The position numbers and the translations under genes were made by a program. The notes below the pieces were generated by a model, which saw only the letters and a list, made by a program, of their open reading frames with translations, made no database searches and had not been told where the DNA came from. A stretch of 64,000 bases of DNA from NCBI GenBank assembly GCA_963734495.1, contig CAVTHK010000013.1, positions 480,001-544,000 of the forward strand, in the 5' to 3' direction. Of the stretch, positions 55,462 through 63,839 are shown one piece after another (positions within the stretch are counted from its first letter, which is position 1; every line of letters starts with the position of its first letter). Source of the stretch: an uncultured Spirochaetota bacterium. GTDB taxonomy: Bacteria > Spirochaetota > Spirochaetia > SZUA-6 > CAVTHK01.

Positions 55462-56247
55462 ATGCGCGGCCAGGTTGTCGAGTTGCGCGTGAGCACCGTG
55501 CAAGGAGGCGCAGCGGCGGCGCCGCCGTCCACGAGGCGGCTCGGCGATGGGGCGCTGCTCGCGGCGAAGGTCGGGGTCCTCTGCTGCGGCGCGCTCGCGC
55601 TGCTCGCCGCCCACCTGAGCCCGCCGCTGGTGAGGCGCGTCCACAACCACGCGCGCGGCGTCTCTATGCGGCTTCCGGCGGGGTGGACCGGCTACGATCG
55701 GTTTGAGCAGGGCGTGGTGGCTTTCAAGCGCGACGGCCGATTCAATGCGTCGGTCACGGTGTGGCGTTTTTCGTGGTGTGAGTTCGACAGCGCCCGCGAG
55801 ACGCCCGGAACGCCGGTCCCCGCACGTCAGCTGCCGACGGATCTCGTACAAGCCGCGGCCGAGGTGGCGGCTTGCCTGGGGTTCCCAGACGCAACGGGGA
55901 GGGCGCACATGGAAGGCGCCGTCGTCGGCGGGAGGCCTGCCCTGGTGCTTGTCGCGCCCCGCTACTCGACCGAGCCATGGCGCGCGATCGCGGTGGCTGC
56001 CGGCGAAGACCTGCTCTTTCTCGACCTGCGTGCGGCGAGCGAGGCGGATCTCCGGGCGGTCTGGCGTTGTTGGAAAGCGATGATACGGTCGGTTCGGGTG
56101 ACGAACCGGCCGCGGCCAATGGTCGAGCGTTTCGGCTGCGAAGACGGCTGCGGCCTTGAATATGTTGCTCCTTCATTCTACGCGAAAGTGCCGCGCAGCG
56201 CATTCCGAAACGCCTGCGGCAACGCTGGCGCAACGGCGGACGCCTAG
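55462..56247 (+). CDS. Uncharacterised membrane-anchored protein, paralogue A
   Basis: GAGGAGG RBS; RLGDGALLAAK, hydrophobic helix, GVSMRLPAGW, GEDLLFLDL..SEADLRAVW..WKAMIRSVRVT. Confidence 0.75.
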   Translation: MRGQVVELRVSTVQGGAAAAPPSTRRLGDGALLAAKVGVLCCGALALLAAHLSPPLVRRVHNHARGVSMRLPAGWTGYDRFEQGVVAFKRDGRFNASVTVWRFSWCEFDSARETPGTPVPARQLPTDLVQAAAEVAACLGFPDATGRAHMEGAVVGGRPALVLVAPRYSTEPWRAIAVAAGEDLLFLDLRAASEADLRAVWRCWKAMIRSVRVTNRPRPMVERFGCEDGCGLEYVAPSFYAKVPRSAFRNACGNAGATADA

Positions 56248-56285
56248 GCTTGGGTCGCCGGTGGGGACGCCGGAGGAGGCGCAGC
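56159..56285. repeat. ~125-bp duplicated promoter region, copy 2 (includes SARP-type promoter 4)
   Basis: ACG cores at 56210/56222/56233, 8 nt, TAGGCT at 56245; overlaps the 3' end of paralogue A. Confidence 0.85.
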
Positions 56286-56990
56286 GTGGGGCTCAAGGCG
56301 ATGACAGTCGGACTGCAGGTCTGTTCCTTGCGCCTGCAACCGGAGGTGGAGCCGAAGCCGGGCACGAGCCGACTCGGTGACGGCGCCCTGCTGGCGGCCA
56401 AGGCGGCCGCGCTCACGGCCGCGGCGCTCGCGCTGCTCGCGTCATACCTGGGGCTCCCGCTGCCCCGCGTCCTGCGCAATCAGACCCTCGGCCTGTCCAT
56501 CAGCTGCCCACCGGGGTGGGAAGACTGCCGGCTCCCCAAAGGATTGGCCATGGGAGCCTTCAAGAGCGACGGCCGCCTGTCCGCGTGCGTGACGCTGTGG
56601 CGCTTTTCGTGGCCCGAGATAGGCGCCGTCGCGTTCGAGTCCGGAAGGAGTCTCTCCGCGCACGGAGTGCAGCCGGACCTTTTCGCCGCACTGAGCGAGC
56701 AAGCGGCCTGGCTGGGGTTCGGGGACTGCACGGGCCCGGTCGACACCATGACACTCGACGGCAGGCCGGCCCTCATGCTCACTGCGCAGGCGCCCTCCGG
56801 GAAGTCGCGGAGTGCGCTTGTGGTCGCGTTGGGCGAAGATCTCGTGTCGCTCCACCTCTTCGCGTCGAGCGAGGCTGATCTCCGCGCGGTGTGGCCGCTG
56901 TGGAAGTCGATGATCCGCTCGGTCCGTGTGACGCGACGGTCGCGGCCTTCCGCCAAGGGTTCCGACGACGGCAAGCGCGCAGGGTGGTGA
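56286..56990 (+). CDS. Uncharacterised membrane-anchored protein, paralogue B
   Basis: GGAGGAGG then GTG; RLGDGALLAAK, GLSISCPPGW, DGRPAL, GEDLVSLHL..SEADLRAVWPLWKSMIRSVRVT. Confidence 0.75.
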   Translation: MGLKAMTVGLQVCSLRLQPEVEPKPGTSRLGDGALLAAKAAALTAAALALLASYLGLPLPRVLRNQTLGLSISCPPGWEDCRLPKGLAMGAFKSDGRLSACVTLWRFSWPEIGAVAFESGRSLSAHGVQPDLFAALSEQAAWLGFGDCTGPVDTMTLDGRPALMLTAQAPSGKSRSALVVALGEDLVSLHLFASSEADLRAVWPLWKSMIRSVRVTRRSRPSAKGSDDGKRAGW

Positions 56991-57039
56991 TCTTCCGGCG
57001 GTTTGACGGCCTTCTTCTTTCGTCTGTAGGTTTTCGGGC

Positions 57040-57933
57040 ATGACGGCACTCGGGCCCGCTGTGGAGCGCCGCCCGGACATGTCGGGGCGGGTGTGCCTCG
57101 TCACAGGAGGCACCTCCGGCGTCGGACGCGCGATGGCGGGCGGGCTCTCGAAGCTCGGCGCCCGCGTCGTCATCCTCGCGCGGGACCGGGAGCGCGGCCG
57201 CGCCGCCGCCGTGGAAATGACCGCGTCGTCCGGCCACGCGGTCGAGGTGGTCGTCGGCGACCTCGCGGACCTGCGCTCCATCGGCCGCGCCGCCGCGGAT
57301 TTCGGCGCGCGGTGGGACCGCCTCGACGTCCTCGCGCACGCCGCGGGCATCCTCTGCTGGAACCGGCAGATGAGCGCCGACGGCTACGAGCTCACGTTCG
57401 CGGTCAACGTTCTCGGGCCGGCCCTCCTGACCCGGCTGATGCTGCCCCTGCTCGAGCGCAGCGCGCCCGCGCGGATCACCGCGGCGTGCGGCGGCCTGGC
57501 GACGCTCGCGCACGCCAGGCTCGATCTCGACGACCTCCCCTACCGCGCGGCGCGGTTCGCCCCGCTCTCGACGGCGCTGCAGGCGATGCTCGCCCGCGTC
57601 CTCTACTGCGCGGAGCTCGCGCGGAAGCTCCAGGGACGCGGCATCGCGGTCAACGCGTTCTACCCGGGGCTCGTGCGCTCGCGGCTCGATCGCGGGCTGC
57701 CGTGGCCCCTGCGCGTCCCCGTGCGGCTCGTCCAGCCCTTTCTCAAGGCGGGCTCCGCTTCGGCGGTGCGAGCCGCCGCGGACCCCTCCCTCGCCGCCGT
57801 CACAGGCGCTTTCCTGGCGGGGCGGCGCGTGCTCGAGCTCCGCAGCCGCCGTGTGACGCCGGAGGATTCGCAGCGCCTCTGGTCGCTGATCGAGAGGCTG
57901 CTCGACGAGCGGATGACGCCCGGAACCGCGTGA
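57040..57933 (+). CDS. Short-chain dehydrogenase/reductase (retinol dehydrogenase-like)
   Basis: VTGGTSGVG, DLADLRSI, AAG, FAVNVLGP, YPGLVRS; TTGACG-18-TAGGTT just upstream. Confidence 0.88.
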   Translation: MTALGPAVERRPDMSGRVCLVTGGTSGVGRAMAGGLSKLGARVVILARDRERGRAAAVEMTASSGHAVEVVVGDLADLRSIGRAAADFGARWDRLDVLAHAAGILCWNRQMSADGYELTFAVNVLGPALLTRLMLPLLERSAPARITAACGGLATLAHARLDLDDLPYRAARFAPLSTALQAMLARVLYCAELARKLQGRGIAVNAFYPGLVRSRLDRGLPWPLRVPVRLVQPFLKAGSASAVRAAADPSLAAVTGAFLAGRRVLELRSRRVTPEDSQRLWSLIERLLDERMTPGTA

Positions 57934-57987
57934 AACGCTTTCTGTAACGTCTACGGACACGATCCCGGGACGGCGCGCGCCTAACCT
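57932..57987 (+). promoter_or_regulatory. SARP-type repeat promoter 5 (paralogue C)
   Basis: ACG cores at 57935/57947/57959/57970, 8 nt, TAACCT at 57982. Confidence 0.72.
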
Positions 57988-58013
57988 GTCAGCGACAGTG
58001 CGAGGAGGCGTGT

Positions 58014-58706
58014 ATGCCGTTCGGACGAGGACTGGTCCCGGCTGCGGAAGCCTGCTCCCTGCGGCGGGATGACCCGACGCCGCCCGCGCCACGCGCGGGG
58101 CGGCTCAGCGATGGCGCTCTGCTGGGCGCAAAGGCGGGCGCGTTGTGCCTCGCCTGCCTCGTGCTGCTGCCCGGGCAGCTCAACCCGGACCGGGCCGGCA
58201 TCCTGTGCAGCCAGGAGGCAGGGCTCTCGATGCGGGTGCCGCGCGGATGGCACCGCTTCGCGCTGCCTCACGCGCTGGCAGCCGTGAAACCCGACGGCGC
58301 CGGCGGCCCGCGCGCGTCCGTGCTGCTCTGGCGCCCGCCGTACGCCGAGCCAGGCGCTGCCGACGGCAGCGAGGACGCGGTGGTCTCCGCAGGGTGGCCG
58401 AGAGCCGATCCGGCGGCCACGCTGGCTGAGGCGGCTGACTGCCTCGGGCTGGACTGGTCCGGGCAGGCGCGGCTGGAGACCGACACCATCGCCGACAGGC
58501 CGGCCCTGGTGCTCGCCGCACCGCTCCGCGCCAGCCGGTGCTGGCGCGCCCTCGCTGTTGCCGCGGGCGAGGATCTGCTGTTTGTCGAGCTCGACGTGTC
58601 GAGCGAACAAGACCTTCGTGCTGTCTGGCGTCAGTGGAAAGCGATGCTCCGCTCTGTGCGGATCACGGGGTCCGACCGCCCGAGTGTGGCAGGGGGCGCC
58701 GACTGA
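58014..58706 (+). CDS. Uncharacterised membrane-anchored protein, paralogue C
   Basis: GAGGAGG RBS; RLSDGALLGAK, GLSMRVPRGW, DRPALVL, GEDLLFVEL..SEQDLRAVWRQWKAMLRSVRIT. Confidence 0.75.
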   Translation: MPFGRGLVPAAEACSLRRDDPTPPAPRAGRLSDGALLGAKAGALCLACLVLLPGQLNPDRAGILCSQEAGLSMRVPRGWHRFALPHALAAVKPDGAGGPRASVLLWRPPYAEPGAADGSEDAVVSAGWPRADPAATLAEAADCLGLDWSGQARLETDTIADRPALVLAAPLRASRCWRALAVAAGEDLLFVELDVSSEQDLRAVWRQWKAMLRSVRITGSDRPSVAGGAD

Positions 58707-58934
58707 CGACTCAGTCCGCCGCCATCGGTTTCCCGATGTGAGCGGACTTCCAGCCTTTGGAGGCGTGTCGCCTCTTCTTGACGCACCGTCATATCTCCGA
58801 AACGTGTTGGTGACGCCGGCTGACTACAGCTTGTCGGGACACTCAGGCAACGATTCGGGCCTGGGGCGACACGGAGCGTCGGGCTTCCACGCGCTCTTGC
58901 TTCTCGATCGTGGCCGAGGAACCCGGGATACCTC

Positions 58935-58968
58935 TTGCATCTGATACTGAACATATGTATAGTATCAG
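58935..58968 (+). promoter_or_regulatory. Promoter with an overlapping palindromic operator, leaderless
   Basis: TTGCAT-17-TATAGT, ATG 6 nt later; CTGATACT-N12-AGTATCAG inverted repeat spans the spacer and -10. Confidence 0.75.
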
Positions 58969-58969
58969 T

Positions 58970-60235
58970 ATGACCCCTAAAGAGGAACTCGGCGAGGAGA
59001 TCGCCAGCCTGTCGGCGCACCTCGATGCGGCCGCTCATCGCCTGCTGGAGTGCATCAGGCAGTTCGACGACTCCGGCGGCTGGTGCGACCAGGGCGCCCT
59101 TTCCTGCGCGCACTGGCTGGCCTGGCGGCTCGGATGGGATGGGGCCACGGCGCGGGAAAAGGTGCGGGTAGCGCGCGCTCTGGGCAAGCTGCCCGCGATC
59201 GACGAGGCCTTCCGCTCGGCCACCCTTTCCTACGCCAAGGTCCGAGCCCTCACGCGAGTGGCAACCCCGCAGAACGAGGGCAAGCTGTTGGAGCTGGCGC
59301 TGGTGGCAACCGGGGCGCAGCTCGAGCGATTGTGCCGGGGCTATCGAGCGGCTGTGGACCCGGAGACTGCGCCGCTGCCGGAGGAGCGGTCCGTATATCG
59401 GCGATTGCTGCCGGGGGGAATGGTCAAGCTGGAGCTGGTGCTGGAGCCCGACGAGGCGGACCTGGTGATGCGCGCCATCGAGCGAGCCCGGGAGGTGCAC
59501 GCCGAGCAGGCCGAGGTGCCCGAGGGACCGGCCCCTGGTGGCGCTTCCGCGGAAGCGCCGTGGCCATCCCGGGCGGATGGCGCGGTCGAAGTCGCCGAGT
59601 CGTTCCTGGCCGGCCATCAGGTGACGGGAACCGGAGGGGAGCGCTTCCAGGTCATGATTCATCTGGAGCAGGAGGTGCTCGGTGCCGACGGCGAGTGGTC
59701 GGCGACGCTGGAGGACGGAACCCGTGTTTCCCCGGAAGCGTTTCGACGAGTCGCTTGCGATTGCGGTCTGGTGGCGGTGGGTGGGGAGGGGGAGAGTCTG
59801 AACATCGGCCGCCGCACCCGCAGCATTCCCCCCGCCCTCCGCCGGGCCTTGATGCTGAGGGACCGCGGCTGCGCCTTTCCCGGGTGCACCCACACCAGGT
59901 TCCTGCACGGCCACCACGTCAAGCACTGGCTGCATGGGGGAGAGACCAGCCTCGAGAATACCCTGCTGGCCTGCCCTCGCCACCATAGACTGCTCCACGA
60001 GGGAGGCTGGAGCATCAGCCGAGGCGCGGATGGCGCCTGGATCTTCCACTCGCCCTCCGGCATACCGCTGGCGCAGAATCCGCACTCGCAGCCGGTGGAC
60101 GACGCCCTCGCCTGGATGCGCGATTGGGCTGATGAGCGCGACCTTGACCTTGGTCCTGAAGTCAACTTCCCGGCGTGGGATGGGACGAGACCGAGCTACG
60201 ACCTGGCGGTGAGCGGCTTGCTCGAGCCGAAGTAA
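58970..60235 (+). CDS. DUF222 (13E12-like) HNH endonuclease
   Basis: SCAHWLAWR..AREKVRVARAL, LSYAKVRALTR, RRVACD, RRALMLRDRGCAFPGC, HHVKHW..GG.T.LENTLLACPRHHRLLH. Confidence 0.92.
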   Translation: MTPKEELGEEIASLSAHLDAAAHRLLECIRQFDDSGGWCDQGALSCAHWLAWRLGWDGATAREKVRVARALGKLPAIDEAFRSATLSYAKVRALTRVATPQNEGKLLELALVATGAQLERLCRGYRAAVDPETAPLPEERSVYRRLLPGGMVKLELVLEPDEADLVMRAIERAREVHAEQAEVPEGPAPGGASAEAPWPSRADGAVEVAESFLAGHQVTGTGGERFQVMIHLEQEVLGADGEWSATLEDGTRVSPEAFRRVACDCGLVAVGGEGESLNIGRRTRSIPPALRRALMLRDRGCAFPGCTHTRFLHGHHVKHWLHGGETSLENTLLACPRHHRLLHEGGWSISRGADGAWIFHSPSGIPLAQNPHSQPVDDALAWMRDWADERDLDLGPEVNFPAWDGTRPSYDLAVSGLLEPK

Positions 60236-60287
60236 GCCGACCTGCCAGCGGCGCCGCACCGCTTGGCCGGAGCGAAAGAGCAGTGAC

Positions 60288-61426
60288 TCAGTCCGCCGCC
60301 ATCGGAAGGTCCACCGGCTTTCCGCCCAGCTCCGAAGACTTGCGGATCGCGAGGATGATCTCCTGGTCGAGCCTTCCCTGGGCCGGCGCCGTAGGTGGGC
60401 TCGCCGCCGCTGCGCACCGCGTCCACGAGGCTCATGATGCAGCCGGCCACGCCGATCTCGTCGTCGTGCCACTGGGGGTTCGAGCCCTTCTCCTCGGTGC
60501 AGAAGGGGTTCTTCCACTCGAAGAGCTTCCCGCCCGCCGTGTGGCGCGGATCGAGACCAGCGCGCCGCCGTCGCACGCGCTCCCAGACGCGATCGAGCGT
60601 GATGAACTGCGGCTGCTCGCCGTCGGGGGTGAGGATCGAGAGCTTCTCCTCGAAGTCGAGCCCGTAAGCCGACGCTGATCCCCATGCCCTTTTCCGCGAG
60701 GAAGCGGCTGCTGCGCCACCAACGGAGCGCTGAGTCGTAGCCCACGCTGGTCCAGTGGAAGATGCCGAGGCGGCCGCCTTCGAACTCGACCATCCCGTGC
60801 TCCTGCGTCTCCTTGCGCGGCCCGTTCGTCCCGGCGATGAGCGACCAGTGCGGGGCGAGGTCGTAGCCGTGCACCGACCCGACGACCCGCACGGGCTTCG
60901 CGTCGAAGCCGAGGTAGCTGCGCATCACGCTCACGCCGTGGTAGCCGTGGCCCGAGAAGTCGTTGAACGAGGAGTAGACGCGGCCAAAGACGCCCGCGCG
61001 TATCAGCGCCAGCTTGATCTGCTCGAGCGGCCTGCGGTGGAACTGCTCCGAGACTTCGATCTTGAGCTTCTGCCTGCGGGCCGACGCGATGATGGCGTCG
61101 GCCTCGGCGAGCTTCGGCGCGATCGGCGTCTCGAGCAGCACGTTCAGGCCGTGCTCGACCGCGAGCAGGCCGACCTGCCCGTTGGAGGCGTGGGTGACCG
61201 CGACCACGCCGATCGCGGGCGAAGTCTCGCGCACCAGGCGCGAGAGGTCGGTGTACCACGGGATGCCGAGCTTCTCGCCCACCCTGCGGGCAGGCTCGGG
61301 GCTGCGGTTCCAGACGGAGACCAGCTCCACGTGCTTCGAGAGGCCCCGGAGCAGCGGAGCGTACATGTAGGCGGAGCGCTTGCCCGCGCCCACGAGCGCG
61401 ACGCGCACTCGCTGGTTCTGGCTCAT
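60288..61426 (-). CDS. Gfo/Idh/MocA-family oxidoreductase (frameshifted)
   Basis: VALVGAGKR, VLLETPIA; C-terminus DQEIILAIRKSSELGGKPVDLPMAAD* ends inside the right 21-bp repeat. Confidence 0.85.
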
Positions 61427-61535
61427 GAGCCACGATACACCGGCGGCCGCGGTCTAGGGAATCACGCCCGCTCCTTGAAGCTCCTTGAGCGACAAGGGTC
61501 GGAAAGTCCATACTCGGCGTCGGGGAGGACGGTGC

Positions 61536-63544
61536 ATGTACTTCGGCGTCGACTACTATCCCGAGCACTGGCCGGAGGAGCGATGGCGGGTCGACCTCGC
61601 GATGATGAGGCAGCACGCCTTCAACATGGTCCGGGTCGCCGAGTTCGCCTGGTGCCGGCTCGAGCCGGCCGAAGGCCGCTACGACTTCGCGTGGCTCGAC
61701 CGCTTCTTCGCGCTCTGCGAGAAGTCCGAGATGCAGGTGATGCTCGGCGTGCCGGTGCGCAACATCCCGGCCTGGCTCATGGAGAAGGACCCGACGATCG
61801 CCATCCAGGCCTACGAGGGCCACCGCGAGCAGTTCGGCACCCGCTACACCGTCTGCCTGAACCACCCGCGCCTGCGCGAGCGCGCGCTCGCGCTGTCGGA
61901 GCAGATGGCCCGCCGCTACGCCGAGAGCGCCGACCGTGGTCTCGTGGCACCTGGACAACGAGCTGGGCGATGCCTCGGTCTGCTACTGCGACAACTGCCG
62001 GGCTGCCTTCATCAAGTACCTTCAGGAGAAGTACGGCAGCGTCGAAGAGATCAACCGGCGCTGGGGCCTGGTGTTCTGGAGCCTGGAGCTCTCGGGCTGG
62101 GACCAGGTGCGGGTGCCGTCGCGCAGCAACCACTTCCCGCACAACCCCGGGCTGCAGCAGGACTACCGCAGGTTCACCTCGGCGACGACGGAGGAGTGGG
62201 TCAGAGAGCAGACGGCGCTCTTCAAGCGCCTCGCGCCGCGGCAGCAGGTGACCACCAACCTGCAGAGCATGACCCGCTACCACACCAACTACTACCGCAT
62301 GGCGAGGGCGCTCGACGTCGCGTCGGTCAACTTCTACCCGCCGCTCTCCTACAACACGGTGGACCTGGACATCGTGCGCGGGATGAAGGGCCGGAGCTTC
62401 TGGGTGGTCGAGCAGAAGGCCGGCACGCCGGAGAACAAGGTGCGCACCGCGGGACACGTGCACACCCATGCGGGATTCCTCAACCCCGAGCCCGGGGAGA
62501 CGCGCCTGTGGACCTACGAGTCGGTGGCCCACGGCGCGGAGGCGGTGCTCTACTTCCGCTGGAGGCCGAGCCCGTTCGGCGCGGAGCAGCTGCACCGCGG
62601 CGTCCTCAACCACGACGCCACGCCGAACCGCGTCTCCGAGGAGATCGGGCTCACCGGCGTCGAGCTCGGCCGGCTCGCGGACGCGCTCGATGGGACGAAG
62701 GTCGAGAACCAGGTCGCGATGCTGCTGTCCTACGAGAGCCGCTGGGCGCTCGACTACTTCTACCCGCACCCCGACCTGAAGTACCGCGACTACTTCCTGC
62801 TCTTCCACGGCGAGCTGGAGCGGCAGCACGTCGGGGTGGACGTGGTCAGCGCCCATCAGCCGCTGGGCGCCTACAGGGTCGTGATCGCGCCGCTGCTGTA
62901 TCTCGCGGACCCCAAGGCGATCGAGAACCTGGTCTCCTACGTCAGGGGCGGCGGCCACCTCGTGCTCACGTTCCGCTCGTGCGCCAAGGACGAGGACGCG
63001 AACCTGTTTCCCGTCGGGGCTGCCGCGCGAGATCGCCGAGATGCTCGGCGTCGAGATCGAGGAGTCGCAGGCGCTGCGCGCCGGACAAGGGCGCGACGCT
63101 CGCTGATGGACGACGGCACGTCGTACGGCGCGTCGATGTGGATCGACATGCTGCGTGTGGGCGGCGCCCGCGTGCTCGGCCGCTACGGCAGCGGCTGGTA
63201 CAGGCACAAGCCGGCGGTCACGGTGAGCGAAGGCGCCCGCGGGCGCGCCTAGTACGTCGGCACGGCGCCGGAGCCCGCCTTCTACACGGGCTTCCTCGCG
63301 GGCGTCATGCAGGCCGCGGGCGTGCAGCCGGTGCTGGCGGCGCCGCGCGCGCTCCACGTGTTCCGCAGGACCGACGGGTCGCGGGACGTGCTGTTCCTGA
63401 TGAACCCGACAGCCGAGGCGCGCGTCGTCGCCCTGCGCGGACGAGCACGTCGACCTGCTCGCGCGGCAGGCGGTCGCCGGCGACCTCGTGATCGAGCCCT
63501 TCGGCGTGCGCGTGCTGGAGCGGAGGCAGGCGTCACGTCGATAG
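61536..63544 (+). CDS. GH42 beta-galactosidase (frameshifts; in-frame TAG at 63250)
   Basis: FGVDYYPEHW, VRVAEFAW..LEP, WHLDNE, NRRWG..FWS, YFRWR..GAEQLH. Confidence 0.9.
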
Positions 63545-63607
63545 TTCACATTTCCGACGAGGAGCAACCGTTGCGAATTGCAGCCTAAGTGAAAGTTGAC
63601 GAAATGT

Positions 63608-63839
63608 ATGAAGACCATAACAGTCAAGGAGTTAAAGGCGAACTGGGCCAGAATCGAGGAGCAGGTGAAGGCTGGGGAGACCTTTGAGGTCCTGAACCGA
63701 GGAAAGGTGGCAGCCCATATCGTCCCGGCGGCTCCACGGCAGGTCTGCGGTGGCCCGACCATCTGGCGCAGCGCCTACAGGAACGACGGGTCGCAGGGGC
63801 TCGGACATCGTCCGCGAGCAGCGGGCCGGACGCGGATGA
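63608..63839 (+). CDS. Phd/YefM-family antitoxin (probable frameshifts in the C-terminus)
   Basis: MKTITVKELK...VKAGETFEVLNRGKVAAHIVP; ATGA overlap with the PIN gene. Confidence 0.8.

Larger units (their letters stand above)
58708..60305. mobile_element. Candidate DUF222-HNH insertion bounded by a 21-bp direct repeat
   Basis: GACTCAGTCCGCCGCCATCGG at 58708-58728 and 60285-60305; the interior carries one HNH gene. Confidence 0.7.

Noticed and set aside
55332-56285. CRISPR-like array from the repeated AACG units and 125-bp repeats
   Set aside because: No repeat-spacer periodicity and no cas genes; better explained as promoter sites and duplication.
58631-61426. 931-aa oxidoreductase ORF
   Set aside because: Frameshift read-through antisense to the HNH gene; the true stop is at 60288.
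63250-63252. Stop-codon recoding of the in-frame TAG in GH42
   Set aside because: Single TAG at an expected Trp in an error-rich region; TAG serves as a normal stop for other genes here.
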